From Cyanophora paradoxa CCMP329 (Eukaryota > Plantae > Glaucophyta), in the NCBI GenBank assembly GCA_004431415.1, contig QPMI01000556.1:14994-78993 (forward strand): DNA of 64,000 nt, read 5' to 3'. Shown one piece after another: positions 36,201 to 48,771 of the stretch (within the stretch, counting starts at the first letter, position 1; the number at the start of each line of letters is the position of its first letter). A program made the translations under genes and the position numbers. The notes beneath the pieces are model-generated. The model saw only the letters and a list, made by a program, of their open reading frames with translations. It had not been told where the DNA came from and searched no databases.

Positions 36201-39200
36201 TCCTCCGCGCCCGCTCCCTCCCCCGCCAGCTCGCCTCCTTCGTCTGTGCGCCCCGGAGCCCTCGTCCTCCCTCGCCCTCCTCCACTCACGCCGGGGCGCG
36301 CGCGCAGACGAGCAGTCATCGGGGATCCCCTCGGTCGTGATCGACGTGGCGCAGGCGCTGCAGGAGAACGGCTTCCTGCAGGTCGCCCCAGCGGCGAGGT
36401 CCAGCTCCTCAAGTCGCTGCGGCCCGTCAAGCCGACCGACGCCGTCCGCTCGGCGCTCTGCAGCCGCCTGGACCGCCTGGAGGCCCGCAGCTGCTCGTCC
36501 TGAAGCTCGCCGCCGTCGTCGGCGGCGCTTCACGTGGCCCGAGCTGCTCGCCATCCACCCGGCGACCAAGGCCGCCTACGGCGTCGTCGCCCCGCACTCC
36601 TCCGGCGAGCTCGCCGCATCGCCAGCTTCGTCGCCCGCCCGCCCCGCGGCCGCCCGCGCCCGCAGGCGGTTCGAGCGGCCGCCGGCGTCGGCCCCGCCGG
36701 TGCGGCGGCGGCCGCGAAGGAGTCTCTGGGGCGGCGATCCTCGAGATGGAGCACGCGCTCGCGCCCTCTGCGACCTCCAGATCCTCGTGCCCCCTTTCTC
36801 TCGTTTCCCCGTGGCCTCCGGCTGAGCGCGCGGGCAGCGGGACGTGTCCGGGAGGAGCGGGGCGGGGCGGGGCGGCCCTGCCGGCCTCCACCACGCCCGC
36901 GCCCACGCCAAGTCCGAGTGGTGCGCCCCGCGCTCAGTTTACTCCCAAGGACGGGCTCTGCTGAAGGAATGCCGCGCCGCCCGCAGGGAGTTCGTGCACG
37001 CGACGATGCATGAGACGACGTACAGCCTGCTGCCCGTCGCCGAGCGCCGCGGCCTCCACCGCGCCTCGCCCTCTGGCACGAGCGCCGCTTCGCCCGCGCC
37101 CTGCTCCTCGGCTCCGGCCCGCCGCCGGCTCGGCCGTCGTCGTGGGCCTCGGGGCCGCCTCGCCGGCCAACTCGCGGCCGGCTCGGCCCGCCGCGGGCCC
37201 GCCCGAGGCGGCCGCGGCCCCGCTGCACGCCCGCGTGCAGGCCCTCGCGGGGAGCGAGGCGGCGAGCGGCTCTGGCTCCCGCCGCTTCGAGGCCGGCGCC
37301 GGGCGGCGGGGAGCGGCGGGGCGGGGAGGGCCGGCGGCGCTTCGCGCAAACGGACCTGGCGCTCCTCTCGCACCACTTTCTCAACGCGGGGAGTACGAAC
37401 AGGCCGGGCCCTACCTCGAGCAGGCGCCCCGCCCCGCCCCGCCCGAGCCCGAGCTCCAGCTCCGGGCTGAGGCGGCGCGGGCAGTGCGCGCGGGCGGCGC
37501 TGGAGGCCTACGCCAACGTCGAGGCCTCGCGCCTCTACGAGGACCTGCTCCGCGTCAGCCCGCAGGCGCCGCCCTCCAGCGCGCCGCCTGGCTCCGCGCC
37601 CGCGCCGACGCCTCCGCCGCTCTGGGTGCGCCCGTTCGATAGAACTCGAAAGACCTCCGCCGCCCGCCCGCTCACGCTCAGGCCGCCTCGGGGCGCGGCA
37701 GGCTCTTCGCCGAGGCGGTGCAGTGCGCGCGCGAGGGCCTCGCCCTCCTCGGCCACCCCCTCCCCTCGTGCGTCCGCCCGCCCGCCCGCCCCGCCGCCCC
37801 GCGCGCCTTAGCCGCGGTGGGCGCAGCGGGGAGGGGGCGCTGGCGCTCCGCTACGCGCTGCTGGAGCTGCGGCTGCGCTTCACAGAGGCCCCGACGCAGC
37901 GGCCCTCGCCGCTGGCCCCGGGCCCGCCGCCGCCCTCGACGCCCGCCTCGCCGGCGGTGGCGGCGGCGGCGGCGGCGCGGCAAGCGGCGCTCGCTGTGGG
38001 ACATCCTCTGCTGCCGCCGTCGCCGGCCGCAGTGCGTCGACGACGGCGAGGGCCGCTGCTCGGTCCGCCCGCCCCGCCCCGCCCGCCGCCCCGCGCGAGC
38101 TCGCCTCAGCCCACGCGGCCCCGGCAGGTGGAGGCGGCGCGGGAGGCGTGCCGGCTCTACTGGGCGACGATCAGCGCGCGTGGGCGACGCACCACCGCCG
38201 CCTCTTCCTCTACGCCGCCGCCCGCATGCTCGACCTCGCCGTCGCCCTCGCCGAGGCCGGCCCCGAGCTCGCCGCCGCCGCCGCCGCCTGGGCCGCCGTC
38301 TCCGGCCTCCAGCAGCGCCGCGAGGCCGCGCGGGCGTGGGCGCGGCTCGCGTGGGGCGTGGCGGTGCGGCTGCAGGACGCGGAGGTCTGGTCGGGCGTCG
38401 TGGCCTTCGTGCCGACGGCGATGCTGGCGGTGGAGGACCTGGAGGCGGCGGAGGGATGCTCCAGAGCGCCGCCCAGCTCTTCTCCCGCACTTCCTCCCTC
38501 CGCGACTCCCTCCGCGCCTCCCTCACCCTCTCCTTCGTCGTGCGCGCTGCCCGCCCTCCCCTTCCGCCCGCGGCGTCGCCCGCGGCTGACCGCGCGAGCC
38601 CCGCTCCGCCCGGGCAGCACCTGCGGGCGCCGCGCGTCTCGGCCGACGAGCTGCGCGCCGGCGCGCAGGCCATCCGCGTGCGCACCGCCGCCCCCGCCGC
38701 CCGCGCCGCCGCCCTTCTGAGCGGCCCGGCAGCGGGCGCTGGAGAAGAGCGCGCGGTATCCCGACCTGATCGAGGACGGGGAGCGCGTGGCGGCGCAGGC
38801 GGCGTGGGCCCGCGCCATGCTCGCCCTCGACCGCGCCCCCAACGCCCTCGACGGTCCGCCCCTGGGCCCGCCCGCCGTCCCCCGACTTTCTTCCGTCTGA
38901 GGCGCCTGGCGGCAGCGCTGGAGTCGTTCGACCAGCAGTGCCCGGCGCGCAAGGCGGGCCCCGCGGAGCGCGCCGCCTTCCTCGCGGCGTACGGGCGGCC
39001 CTGCTGGCGATGAACGGGCCCGGGGCGCGCACGTGGACGACCGCCGCTCGCCGCCGTGGCCGTCGAGTGCGTGGAGGCGGCGCTGGAGGCGGACGCGGGG
39101 CGCACTTCTTCGCCGTCGCGGAGCCCCTCGCCACCGCTGCCTTCCTCCTCTACACCCTCCGCCTCGCGTCCGCCCCCTGCCCGCCCCCGCCTTCCTCTCG

Positions 39201-40824
39201 CCCTCGTCGAGCCTTGCCCGCGCGCGCAGGCTGCTGCCGGTGGAGCGGGCGCGGGCGCACCCGGCGCACCCCCTCCTCGAGCTCTTCACGGAGGGCCCGC
39301 GCAGCCGCGCCCCGTCGGCCGCCCGCCGCGCCCAGCAGGCGGCCGGGCGCCGGGGACGCCACTCTCTGCGGGGGACGGGGCCGGTGAGCCGTCGTTCATC
39401 CTCCCGTCGGCGCGCGCCCTGGCCGTGCGGCGGCGCTCGAGCGGCCTTCTGGTAGCCCCGGCGGCGGACGCGGGGGCGCTCCTGGCGGCCCTCGAGCGGG
39501 CGGCCCGGCGCCTCGCCGCGCTCGACGGCTTCGGCCTCGTGCGGCCCCTCGCCGCCTACGCCCGCGGCCTCCTCCACTCCGCCCGCGGTGCCCACCGCCG
39601 CGCCCGCGCCTGCTTCGCCGCCGCCGCCGCCGCCGCGGCCGCCGGCGGCGCGGCGCAGGCCGTCCCTGCGGGGGCGCCGGGGGTTGGTGCGCGACGCGGG
39701 GCCAAGGGGACGGCACCTCGCTGCACGGCGGCTCGGTGTGGGCGGCGGTTCGGCAGCGGCGGCGGGGACGGCGGGTCGGTGCGGGCGGGCGGGGGCGGCG
39801 CGGGAGCCGCTGGCGGCGCTGCAGCGGCGGCTGCGGGCGGGCGCGGCACCCGCGGGACGAGGGCCTCGCGCTCCTCTTTGCCGCCCTCCACGCCCCGCGC
39901 GCGCCCCGCCCCGCGCCGCCCGCGCCGCCGGCGGCGGCGGCGCTGTACGCGGTGCGGGAGCGGCTGGCGCCGGTGTCAGCGGCGAGCTCGGGCGACCTCC
40001 TCCTCGCTAGCGGCGACGCCTCGACGCCCTCGCCCAAGGGCGGCGCCCGCCCCGCCGCCGCCCGCGCGCCGGCCGCCGCGGGAGGCGGGGACGGAGGCGG
40101 GCGGCTGCTGGGGCGGGCGGAGGGTGCTTCGAGGCGTGCAGCGACCTCTACATGGCGCGCGCCGCCCGCCGCCTCGCCGCCCTCCTCGAGGGCGGCCCCG
40201 CCCCGCGCCCCGCGGCCGGCCCCGAGGAGGCCCCCGGGAGGGCTCGGGCGGGGAGGCCTCGGGGGCGAGGAGCCCTGGGCCGCGGCCGGGGACGCCCGCC
40301 CCTCGGTCCGCTTCCGCGTCACGCGCGTCGAGTCCCTGGGCTCCGCCGCCGGCCCGCGGCCGGCCCCGCGGCGGAGCGGGCGGCGCCAGCGCCGGCCCCC
40401 CGGCGCCGGCACCACAGCAGCGGCAGCCTGCGGGGCCGTCGCCCGCCGACCCCGCCGCAGCCGCGGCGGCCGTGCGCCGCCCCTCCGACGCCCCCTCCGC
40501 CGCCCCCTCCGACGCCTCGGAGCTCGTCCCGGAGCTCGAGCTCGCCTGAGGCCCCGATCCGCGCGCCCCGCCCCGCGACTTCGTTTGTGGTAGACGTGTC
40601 TCGTGACTCTCGTCCCTTCTTTGACGTGTCAGCCCGCATTATAGATGAATGCATTCATTTGCTTTCACGAGGTTCGGTAGATACCGCAGATTGTCTTTTA
40701 GATACTAGATACCGCTTTTATGTTGCCTCACGATCCTGTCTGCAGCTGTAGGTCGTTGCAGCCTTTGTTCCATCATGGCATTTCCCCCTTACACACTCGT
40801 ATCATTTTCAATACAAGCTCAGCG
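27325..40824. repeat. Segmental tandem duplication, copy 2 (~13.5 kb, ~120 bp shorter through scattered small deletions)
   Basis: Starts gcgccccgcgatccgtgcc like 13708 and ends tcaatacaagctcagcg like 27327. Confidence 0.95.
30711..40549 (+). CDS. ADCY10-like cyclase copy 2 (many apparent frameshifts; pseudogene or consensus errors)
   Basis: Colinear with 17094-27052; numerous 1-bp deletions in G/C runs. Confidence 0.6.
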
Positions 40825-42259
40825 TTTTGAGGCAGACGTATGGTGTATTGGCAAGCTCAGCTCGTGCTGCTTTTTGGTAGATGCATGGCACTTTCTTTTG
40901 TTGAGTACGTCATATTCGATTCGATGATCTCTATAATTTTAATTAATTGAAGTTCTAACGCGTACGTGCATGGGATGCAATAGCTCTGTGGCTTCTAGGC
41001 TAGCGCCACGTACTACGGTATTACGCGGTAGCTCGGGTCGCACGTGCGTGACTCGCGATCGGTGACGTCTCGGAGGAGTCGGAGCTCGAGTCCGGATCCG
41101 AATCGGAAACTCCAACTTCTCTTCAAGAGTCCGAGTCAAGACTTAAGAGTCTTCAAGGGCTTCAAACTTACTGGTAGTTCAAATACTTCAATTGCGAGTC
41201 GCGACTCGCGACTCGCGACTACCGGCGGTATGATGACTCACTGAGTCAGTGATTCGCGAGACTCTCAGACTCCGGACTCAGACTCTCAGAGTCTGATGAG
41301 ACGACGCGAGTTACCACTGCTTACCAGTAGATAACTTTTTAGTAACTAGCTTGGCCCAAGTTGGATTCAATGATTAGCGACGTCGACAGACCATTGACCA
41401 TTTGCAAGCTGGAATGAGTCACAAAGCTTAAGCTAAGTCAATTGCAACGCATCACGGCGTGACGTCGACACACGGTGCCACGGTGCGCTACGAGTTATGG
41501 CTCTATGGCGCGATTTCCGCCAAACAAACCTTTTTCCGAGTCAAGTTGATTGACTCAACTCGGCAGAGCTCTCGACCAATGGCCGCCCGGTGCCCGGTTT
41601 CGAGTCAAATTAGTGTTGCCAGGTGCCCGCGTTTTCCCCGTACTAATTCGACTTGAAAATGCCAGTGTTTTCTGATTGGGCACGTGACGGTATATTTCGC
41701 ATGCTATATAAAAGCTGCTGTTGGCAGTTACTAGGCGGCGGTTACTAGGACTGTACCAGGTAGCTACTAGAACCATACCAGGTAGCTAATTTACATAAGG
41801 GCAGGATCTGCCAGTTTCGCCCATGGCCAGGAAATTTTCTTCCTAGGCGCCAACTCGTAGCGGTGACAAGTTGAACACTGACAACACTCAGTGACTGAAA
41901 AGTCAGTGTTGAAGTCAACGTACCACGGTGGCTTATCGCCGCCGAGAGTCATCGCCGACTCATCGGTACCCGGTACCTTGGCACGCGTACGCGTTGGCAT
42001 CAACTTGGCACTGACTTGGCAGTGTTGGGCACTGTACATGTTAACGTTGGCAGTTCAACGGTTTGCAATCGGCAGCTGCAGTGACTTGGCACATCATGCC
42101 GCACACGACAAGTTGACAACCTAGAATTCGACTTTGGTTAGACATTTGCTAAAATGAGCCCCCGAACCGTATCTGCTGAATTGAATCATGATCAGTGACT
42201 CAGTGACTGTGCCACGGTGTGTGATCATGCCATGCATATGATGAGTTTTTGTCAACTTT

Positions 42260-42542
42260 ACACATAGTAAAATGCGGAGTTTTAACCCTCGGCTTATCTT
42301 AATTGATTTTGTTGATATATCTCGTATATTCTATTTCAATCAATCGTTAATCTGTGTATATCTTATCGAATATTCATTTATTTCGTTTATTTTGTATTCT
42401 TTTCGATATTTTATCGTAAATTTCTCTTATTTTCCGATTAGTCTTACTGAGTCTATCGATAATCTGTATATATTTCCGAATAATATAACTGAATCTCAAT
42501 TAGATCTTGCCTCTGGTTAAAACTCCGCATTTTACTATGTGT
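42260..42542. mobile_element. 283-bp AT-rich element with perfect 28-bp terminal inverted repeats (MITE-like)
   Basis: acacatagtaaaatgcggagttttaacc (42260-42287) and ggttaaaactccgcattttactatgtgt (42515-42542); no TSD seen. Confidence 0.65.
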
Positions 42543-42793
42543 GATTGGTCTGTTTGTTAATTGATTTAATCGATATTATATTCATGTACTTTCTCGATTA
42601 AATTTAATTAAATTTAATTCATTTAATCGGAAATATATCGCTAAACTCGATTAAGATCCATAAATGATTCATTTGTTAAATAAAACAAATCGATCTCTTA
42701 TTGAATCCAATCGTAATTATACATGAAACTTATATGTTTTTATCATGTTTTAATGATTCTAAGGGGGGACCCTTAGGATTTTTGAAATAATTG

Positions 42794-42896
42794 GGTGTGA
42801 CAGGTGTGACAGGTGTGACAGGTCCATCCCAAGGAAAGTCCTAGTGAGAAATTGATTTTGAAAATCCACGGGATAGACCTGTCACACCTGTCACAC
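42794..42896. repeat. Iteron hairpin 1: (GGTGTGACA)n arms in inverted orientation around an AT-rich core
   Basis: gtgtgacaggtgtgacaggtccatccc ... gggatagacctgtcacacctgtcacac; paralogous to 52480-52582. Confidence 0.9.
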
Positions 42897-43442
42897 ATAC
42901 CATATTCAGTAAGGACCTCATTCATTGTTAAAATCTCAGTGTTAGTTGGTGTAGTTGATTCAAAAAATGCATTTATACTCTGATTCATTGTTATTTCCTG
43001 TGAAATTTGAGTCAACTCAACCCACTTAGTCAACCCTTGCATTGAATTCGTAACAAAATCCATATACTATTACTACTTTTACGATTAATATGAGTCAACC
43101 TTGAGTCCACTTAAATATAAATATAATATAATAGGGGGAATCAAGGGGAGATGCTTAGAAACATATGAATTATTGAGCCTATGATACTTACATAGTCACG
43201 CTGGTCTCGTTAAGAGGATTCCGAATCTGGTTTTATCTTTGTAAGATGATGAGTTGGTGAAGAGATACATGCATTTTAGTGTTTTGTGTGGGATTTCATG
43301 TTATGACGTCATAATGACGATGCATATGTATATGATATATATGCCATACCACGTGACTCGGGAGATTATGACGATCACGGCGATATGTTCATTGTCGTGA
43401 TGTATATGTATATATATGCGGTGCAATCTGATTGGCGGATTG

Positions 43443-43689
43443 ATAATTCGTGGTAGAAACCACTAGCTTAATTATAATTCGTGGTATAAACCACTAGCTT
43501 AATTATAATTCGTGGTAGAAACCACTAGCTTAATTATAATTCGTGGTAGAAACCACTAGCTTAATTATAATTCGTGGTAGAAACCACTAGCTTAATTATA
43601 ATTCGTGGTAGAAACCACTAACTTAATTATAATTTGTGGTAGAAACCACTAGCTTAATTATAATTCGTGGTAGAAACCACTAACTTAAT
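43443..43689. repeat. 31-bp tandem array, 8 copies
   Basis: ataattcgtggtagaaaccactagcttaatt at 43443, 43474, 43505, 43536, 43567, 43598, 43629, 43660. Confidence 0.95.
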
Positions 43690-43708
43690 AACAAAGAGAT
43701 TTAAACTG

Positions 43709-43796
43709 TTATTTTATAGGTTATTTTATAGGTTATTTTATAGGTTATTTTATATGTTATTTTATATGTTATTTAATATGTTATTTAATATGTTAT
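43709..43796. repeat. 12-bp tandem array, about 7 copies
   Basis: ttattttatagg / ttattttatatg / ttatttaatatg. Confidence 0.85.
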
Positions 43797-44039
43797 GGAT
43801 AATGTTGGGGGTATAGTGTATCTGTTATGGATAATGTTGATAAGTTTCGTCGAAGTTTCGGTATTTCGATTGTCGGCATCTTCAAACGCTCGTATCTCAT
43901 TACCAGATTACGAACTCGCAACGTTCTGCATAGCGTTGTGAAGCGCTTGATAAGCTCTACAAGACTATGTGTATATCATGGGCATATATGTATATCAGTC
44001 ATACATATATTTGGAAAAAACGAGTTTTCGGCTATGAAA

Positions 44040-45424
44040 CTAGCTAGTTTTGGTCCTTTCTCTTAGTGTTCTTTGAGGTTTAGGGGCTGTATATGACTCC
44101 TTAGTAGTCTGAAAGTCATTATACCATCTCTGGCTATTTACTTCAGAAAGTTTCTGTGTCCCTGCTATAGTGAGCTTTTTGAGTTCCCTGTTAACTTTCC
44201 CAGTCTTCTCCTTTCTAGCCTCTATCAAAGGCTTATCTGGGACTTCATTAGCAGCTTCTATGCCTTCTCTCCTTATAGCAGCATCAGCCCTGGCTTCCTC
44301 TTTAGCTTGCTCCAAGGCATCCACTGTAGGGGTTTCTAGATATTCAACTGCATTCACAGGCAACAGCTCATGGAAAGCAAACCTGTTTTCTATGATCTCA
44401 CCAGTGGGACTCCTTAGCTTAAACTTAAAGCCTTCCCTACTATCAACAGTGTAAACCATCCTAGACCAATTGTTACCCTGTTTAGCAAAGGGGTTCTTCT
44501 CAACTTTCACTCTAACAAACATGCCAGGCTGCATGGTATCAAGGTAAGCTATTGATTTCTTGAATCTTTCATCTTCTAATCCCACTATATACCTATAATG
44601 CTCCTCTGTAGTTTCGCCTGGCTTCATCTTAGTAGCTGAGTGAACTGTATTATTGTAATTATACTCAATATCACCTAACACATCAAAGAATCTAGCTGTG
44701 TTATTAGCTATGCAATAGTTTGTGATCAGTCTCTTAATCTGCTTGTTAAAGGCTTCAATTCGACCTTGGCTTCTATGGTCAGCAGTTCCACTCACTTGGT
44801 GTTCTATGAATTTACTAGATAAATACTCCTGGAATATTCGATTTTGGAATTCACTCCCAGCATCTGATTGAACTTTTACTATGGGTCTTGCCACTCTCAT
44901 TTCAAGCTGTTTAAATGCAGCTAATGTAGTGAGAGCTGATTTATCCTTATAGGTATGATATACCCAGTTCTCAGTGTAGATTCCATTGCAGTCATAAAGG
45001 TATCATAGCCATTGTTTTGTTTCTTATAAGCTGGGAAAAAGAGCAAATCAATCACATAGGTATCAAGGGGTTGCCTAATTGGGACCATGGGATCTCTCTT
45101 CCTAGATATAGCAGGTGCATTGATCTGAACAACTTCTTGTTTTTTATAGAACTCTTGCAACTGCTTATAGGATTCATCAGGTAACTCAGCCCTCATAGCT
45201 TGAAGCCCTTTGTAACCAGTTCTCACATCATAGAATCTCTTGGCAATCTTGCTGGTTTCTTTCACTGCAATAGCAACTGGGATCTCTACTGGGACAAGCT
45301 CTTTCATCTCTGACTTTTTTACAATTCGAGATTCTCCCTTTTCCTCCTTGGGAACTGTGATAGGCAGTAGGTTACCTTGTAGTTGCTCAGTGGTTCTCCT
45401 AACTATTCTTCCAGTTGCTGGCAT
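44040..45424 (-). CDS. Retroviral-type (rve) DDE integrase of the Polinton/mavirus class; one frameshift near 44940
   Basis: DTYVIDLL (D), VQSDAGSEF (D), SQGRIEAFNKQIKR (E), YNNTVHSATKMKP, PFAKQGNNWSRMVYTV. Confidence 0.92.
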
Positions 45425-45427
45425 CTC

Positions 45428-48400
45428 TTAATTAAAAGGAACAGAATTAATACCATCTGGTAAGATGTATCTCTTTGCATCAAAGCAGTTTAGGGCAACC
45501 CTTTTACTCACAGTGTCTATTATTGTGTGATCTGCCCTTCTTTTCTGCTTTGCAGTCACAGTCTTGCTGATACCTGCAAATAAACACTGTTTAAAATCAT
45601 TAAATTGGAGTTCCTCAGTTGAAGTCCCAGAGAGCTTACTCCTCTCAATCTCAGCAGTTCTGAAACTGTAAACTTTAGCTCTCAGACCCACATACTCCAA
45701 TATAGCAGAGCCAGGCATTTCATTTTTGTATTTACCTGGGGTCATTCTGGAATCACCTCCAAGGTCTAATGCATAGGATATATTCTCTATATCTTTTTGT
45801 AGGGTCTTAGATTCGATATATAGACAAAAGGAGTCAGTATCATGGAATAGTAACTTTGCTTTTGTCCATTGGGACCTTACAGTATCATAGAAGAACTTGT
45901 AGTTATGCAGTTTGGCTGCATCCAGAACATAAGCCCCAATAGCAACTGGCTTATCTAGCTTCACATGCTTTGTGTAAAACTCAAAGGCAACTGCTTTTTC
46001 GTTTATGGGACTTGTTGATTTCACCAATGGGGAGGCTGCATATTTCATAAACAGTTTCTCACTGTTTGCAATCTTAACCACAGATCTACCTCTGCAAGAT
46101 TCAATGCATTTCCCATAGATTGAGTTATTCATGAGTTTATAGAAATCAGCCTCGAATTTATTCACTGCTTTCCTTCTCATCTCAGTATTCAGCTCAATGT
46201 AGGGTTTCATTACAGGAGCCACAGTAAATGATAGGACCCTGTGAACCTTCTTTAGTTTCACCCCTTTGTCCAACAGATACTGTAGAAGAGGCTCAGAAAT
46301 CACATAGTTGGTCACAGAACCAAAGGTTGCAGTTAGCTTAGGGGTCTTATCAAGCTCTTCTCCTGAGAGATCTAATAGGCTCTTTTGCTATTGTGATAAT
46401 TCTGCATATTCTACTATTTTCTTGTTAATAATTAGGGGGAAATCACTGTGGTCTAGATATAGCCTAATTGGGTAATCCAGATCAACTTCCAGGAAACTGG
46501 ATCTGTTATCTTGTGGGTTGAATTCGGTCTCCCATCTAAAATCACCAACTGGGATTGGCTGACTCAAACAGTAGCCATACAAGTTGTTAGCATCAAACAG
46601 CATTATATGGGAGTTCTCACCATCAGCCTCAGCATACCTACAAGGCATTGTTGCAAAGCCACCCCTGATTCCCCTCTCAACAAATTCGTATTGCTCTACA
46701 TCACTTATAAGCTCTATTTTGCCTTGGTGTCCTAAGCATAGCATCCCAAGATAACCCAGGTGCAGATACATAATGAACTGGGTCCAATCCATATACTGAG
46801 TGTGAAAGCCTTCTGAAAGCCTGGAATTTGCTCATTAACTCATCTACATCAGCAGCCCCAAAGTCCATAAAATTACTTGCATCAATGAACTTGTAAAGAC
46901 CCCATTGCAATGAAAGGTATTGATCAAAGTTTTTCGAAAGGATTTCGATTCGCTTTTTATCACCCATGCCTGCTATTTTTCTGAAAATGAATGTCCCACA
47001 GTCATCCATTTGGTCAACAACCACTGCTACTTTTGTTTGCTTTGAGATTCTCCTATGGAGATTGCAGTTTCTGCATGCAGGTGCAATGTAATTACCTGTG
47101 TGGTGATCATGATCCCTGCATTTGAAGTTTTCCTTGGTGAACCTCTCACTGCAAAGGTAACAGTGTTTGGTAGCTCTGTAAATAGCCTTTTGCTCATCTG
47201 TGAGTTCATTCATGGAATATTGGTGAACAGGAAATCGATTAGCTCTCTTGCTTTGGACTCCAAGCATTCAAACAGACCTCCCATTGGATCCTGACCCTCA
47301 AATCGAAACTCCTGAACATCTGCCCCAGTGACTATTCTAATGTTGACTGCTGAGACTTCCCTCTTGGATTTCGATGCATCAATGGGATGCTTCTATGTTC
47401 AATCTTGCAGTAAACCACAACAGGAAGCCAGACAGTTTTCCTGAGGTTTTTCAGTCCAAACTCTATTGTGGTGTCAGGCTTAGGGTGATTCCCTTTGAGA
47501 GTCTCCAATCAATGCATCTGTTTGAGTCCACATGAGCAGTGAGTTTAGCCTCAGACCTGAATCGAGATAAGCATGTATCACAGTAGTGTAACTTTTGATC
47601 CTTGGTTTTATCAAGGGCAACTCTGAGAAGTCTTGAAAGGACATGATAGTAATATAGTGACCATTCCCTTCATCATCATGAATGAGCATTAGATTAATCT
47701 TTTGCTTTCTGCCTGGGTTGCTGGATTGATGTAGGGATATATAACATCTCCATCCATTCCAAATATGTTTATGCTGATGCCTGCATTTTGAGATTCGAAT
47801 TTATCAATGATTTCAGCATCACAAGGAACAGGGAATGGGATATTGTCGAAATTGAGAGCCAAAGGATTGTATGTGGTTGGTGAGTATTTCCATTTGCGAT
47901 ATTGTGTAAGCTCACTTCTCTTGTGGGAATTTACATCTTTCCTATGGATCCATGCCAAAATGGCATTTTCAAAGCAAGAATCATCAATATTTCGAATATT
48001 CACTGTGGCTCTCTTGGCTGCAATTGATTCTGGTGTTTTAACATAGCAGCCACCAGTTGGGCATAACTCATAATAGCAACTCTTAGCATTTCGATTCTCT
48101 CCAATCGATAGCTATCAACAACATTCATCTGTTCCTGACACATTTGGGCTGCTTTATTCAGCTCAGTTCGAATATTTCTCGATTTGGTTAATACAAAATA
48201 ATCGCTGTAAATGTATTTCGATATCCAAACCTGTGGATTGCTGACTTTTACGAACTTGCAGATAAACGACAAGCGAACTTTGATTGCCCTGAATTGATCC
48301 AGACTATCTCTTAAACGTTTTGGTAGAGAGGTTGCAATTCTATCTAAATATTCAATCACATCTACCACAACTTCCCTTCTGGCTCTGTATGTGAGCCAGC

Positions 48401-48593
48401 GATATAATTCATTCATGGCTGTTCCATCTTCTGCCTCTGGTTCTATTTGCCTCAGGCGATCGAGTTCATCAAGAGTCTCAACTTTGTCATAGAGGTTATT
48501 GGCTTTTCTGGTTAATTTTGCTAAAGTGGGTCTGCCCTTGAAATAAATCCGATTTCCGGTCATATTCAGCCTCTGTGATTTCATGGGCTGCAT
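45428..48593 (-). CDS. Protein-primed family B DNA polymerase (Polinton-type, with Zn finger and EndoVII-like insert); several frameshifts
   Basis: LNFDNIPFPVP...FESQNAGISINIFG; HCYLC...CRDHDHHTG...ACRNCNL; YGLDPVHYVSAPGLSWDAML; GIRGG; LFDANNLYG; YKLMNNSIYGK; FHDTDS; EYVGLRAKVYS. Confidence 0.92.
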
Positions 48594-48771
48594 ACAGTGT
48601 TCCCAGTAATCCCATAAGTTCCCATTTCTTCTCTCTAATGAGTCTGTTGCTAATTCGGGGCATAGTTCCTAACTTGTTCCTACTAAAAGGGAGGTTTTAA
48701 ATGGGGAATTCTGAACACAAAATTTGATGAAAACTACTTAAAGAAATATCTTCTATATATATAAAAGGACA

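Noticed and set aside
3500-40800. Hundreds of long overlapping Arg/Pro/Gly/Ala-rich ORFs in the supplied track
   Set aside because: Expected from stop-codon scarcity at very high GC; the real genes are spliced and cross these frames.
42773-43063. 96-aa ORF with CxxC and CHT repeats
   Set aside because: The Cys pattern comes from translating the iteron hairpin.
43443-43689. 31-bp palindromic repeats as a CRISPR array
   Set aside because: The repeats abut with no unique spacers and no cas genes are present.
44040-45424. Integrase as part of an LTR retrotransposon
   Set aside because: No gag, protease, RT, RNase H or LTRs; it sits directly after pPolB.
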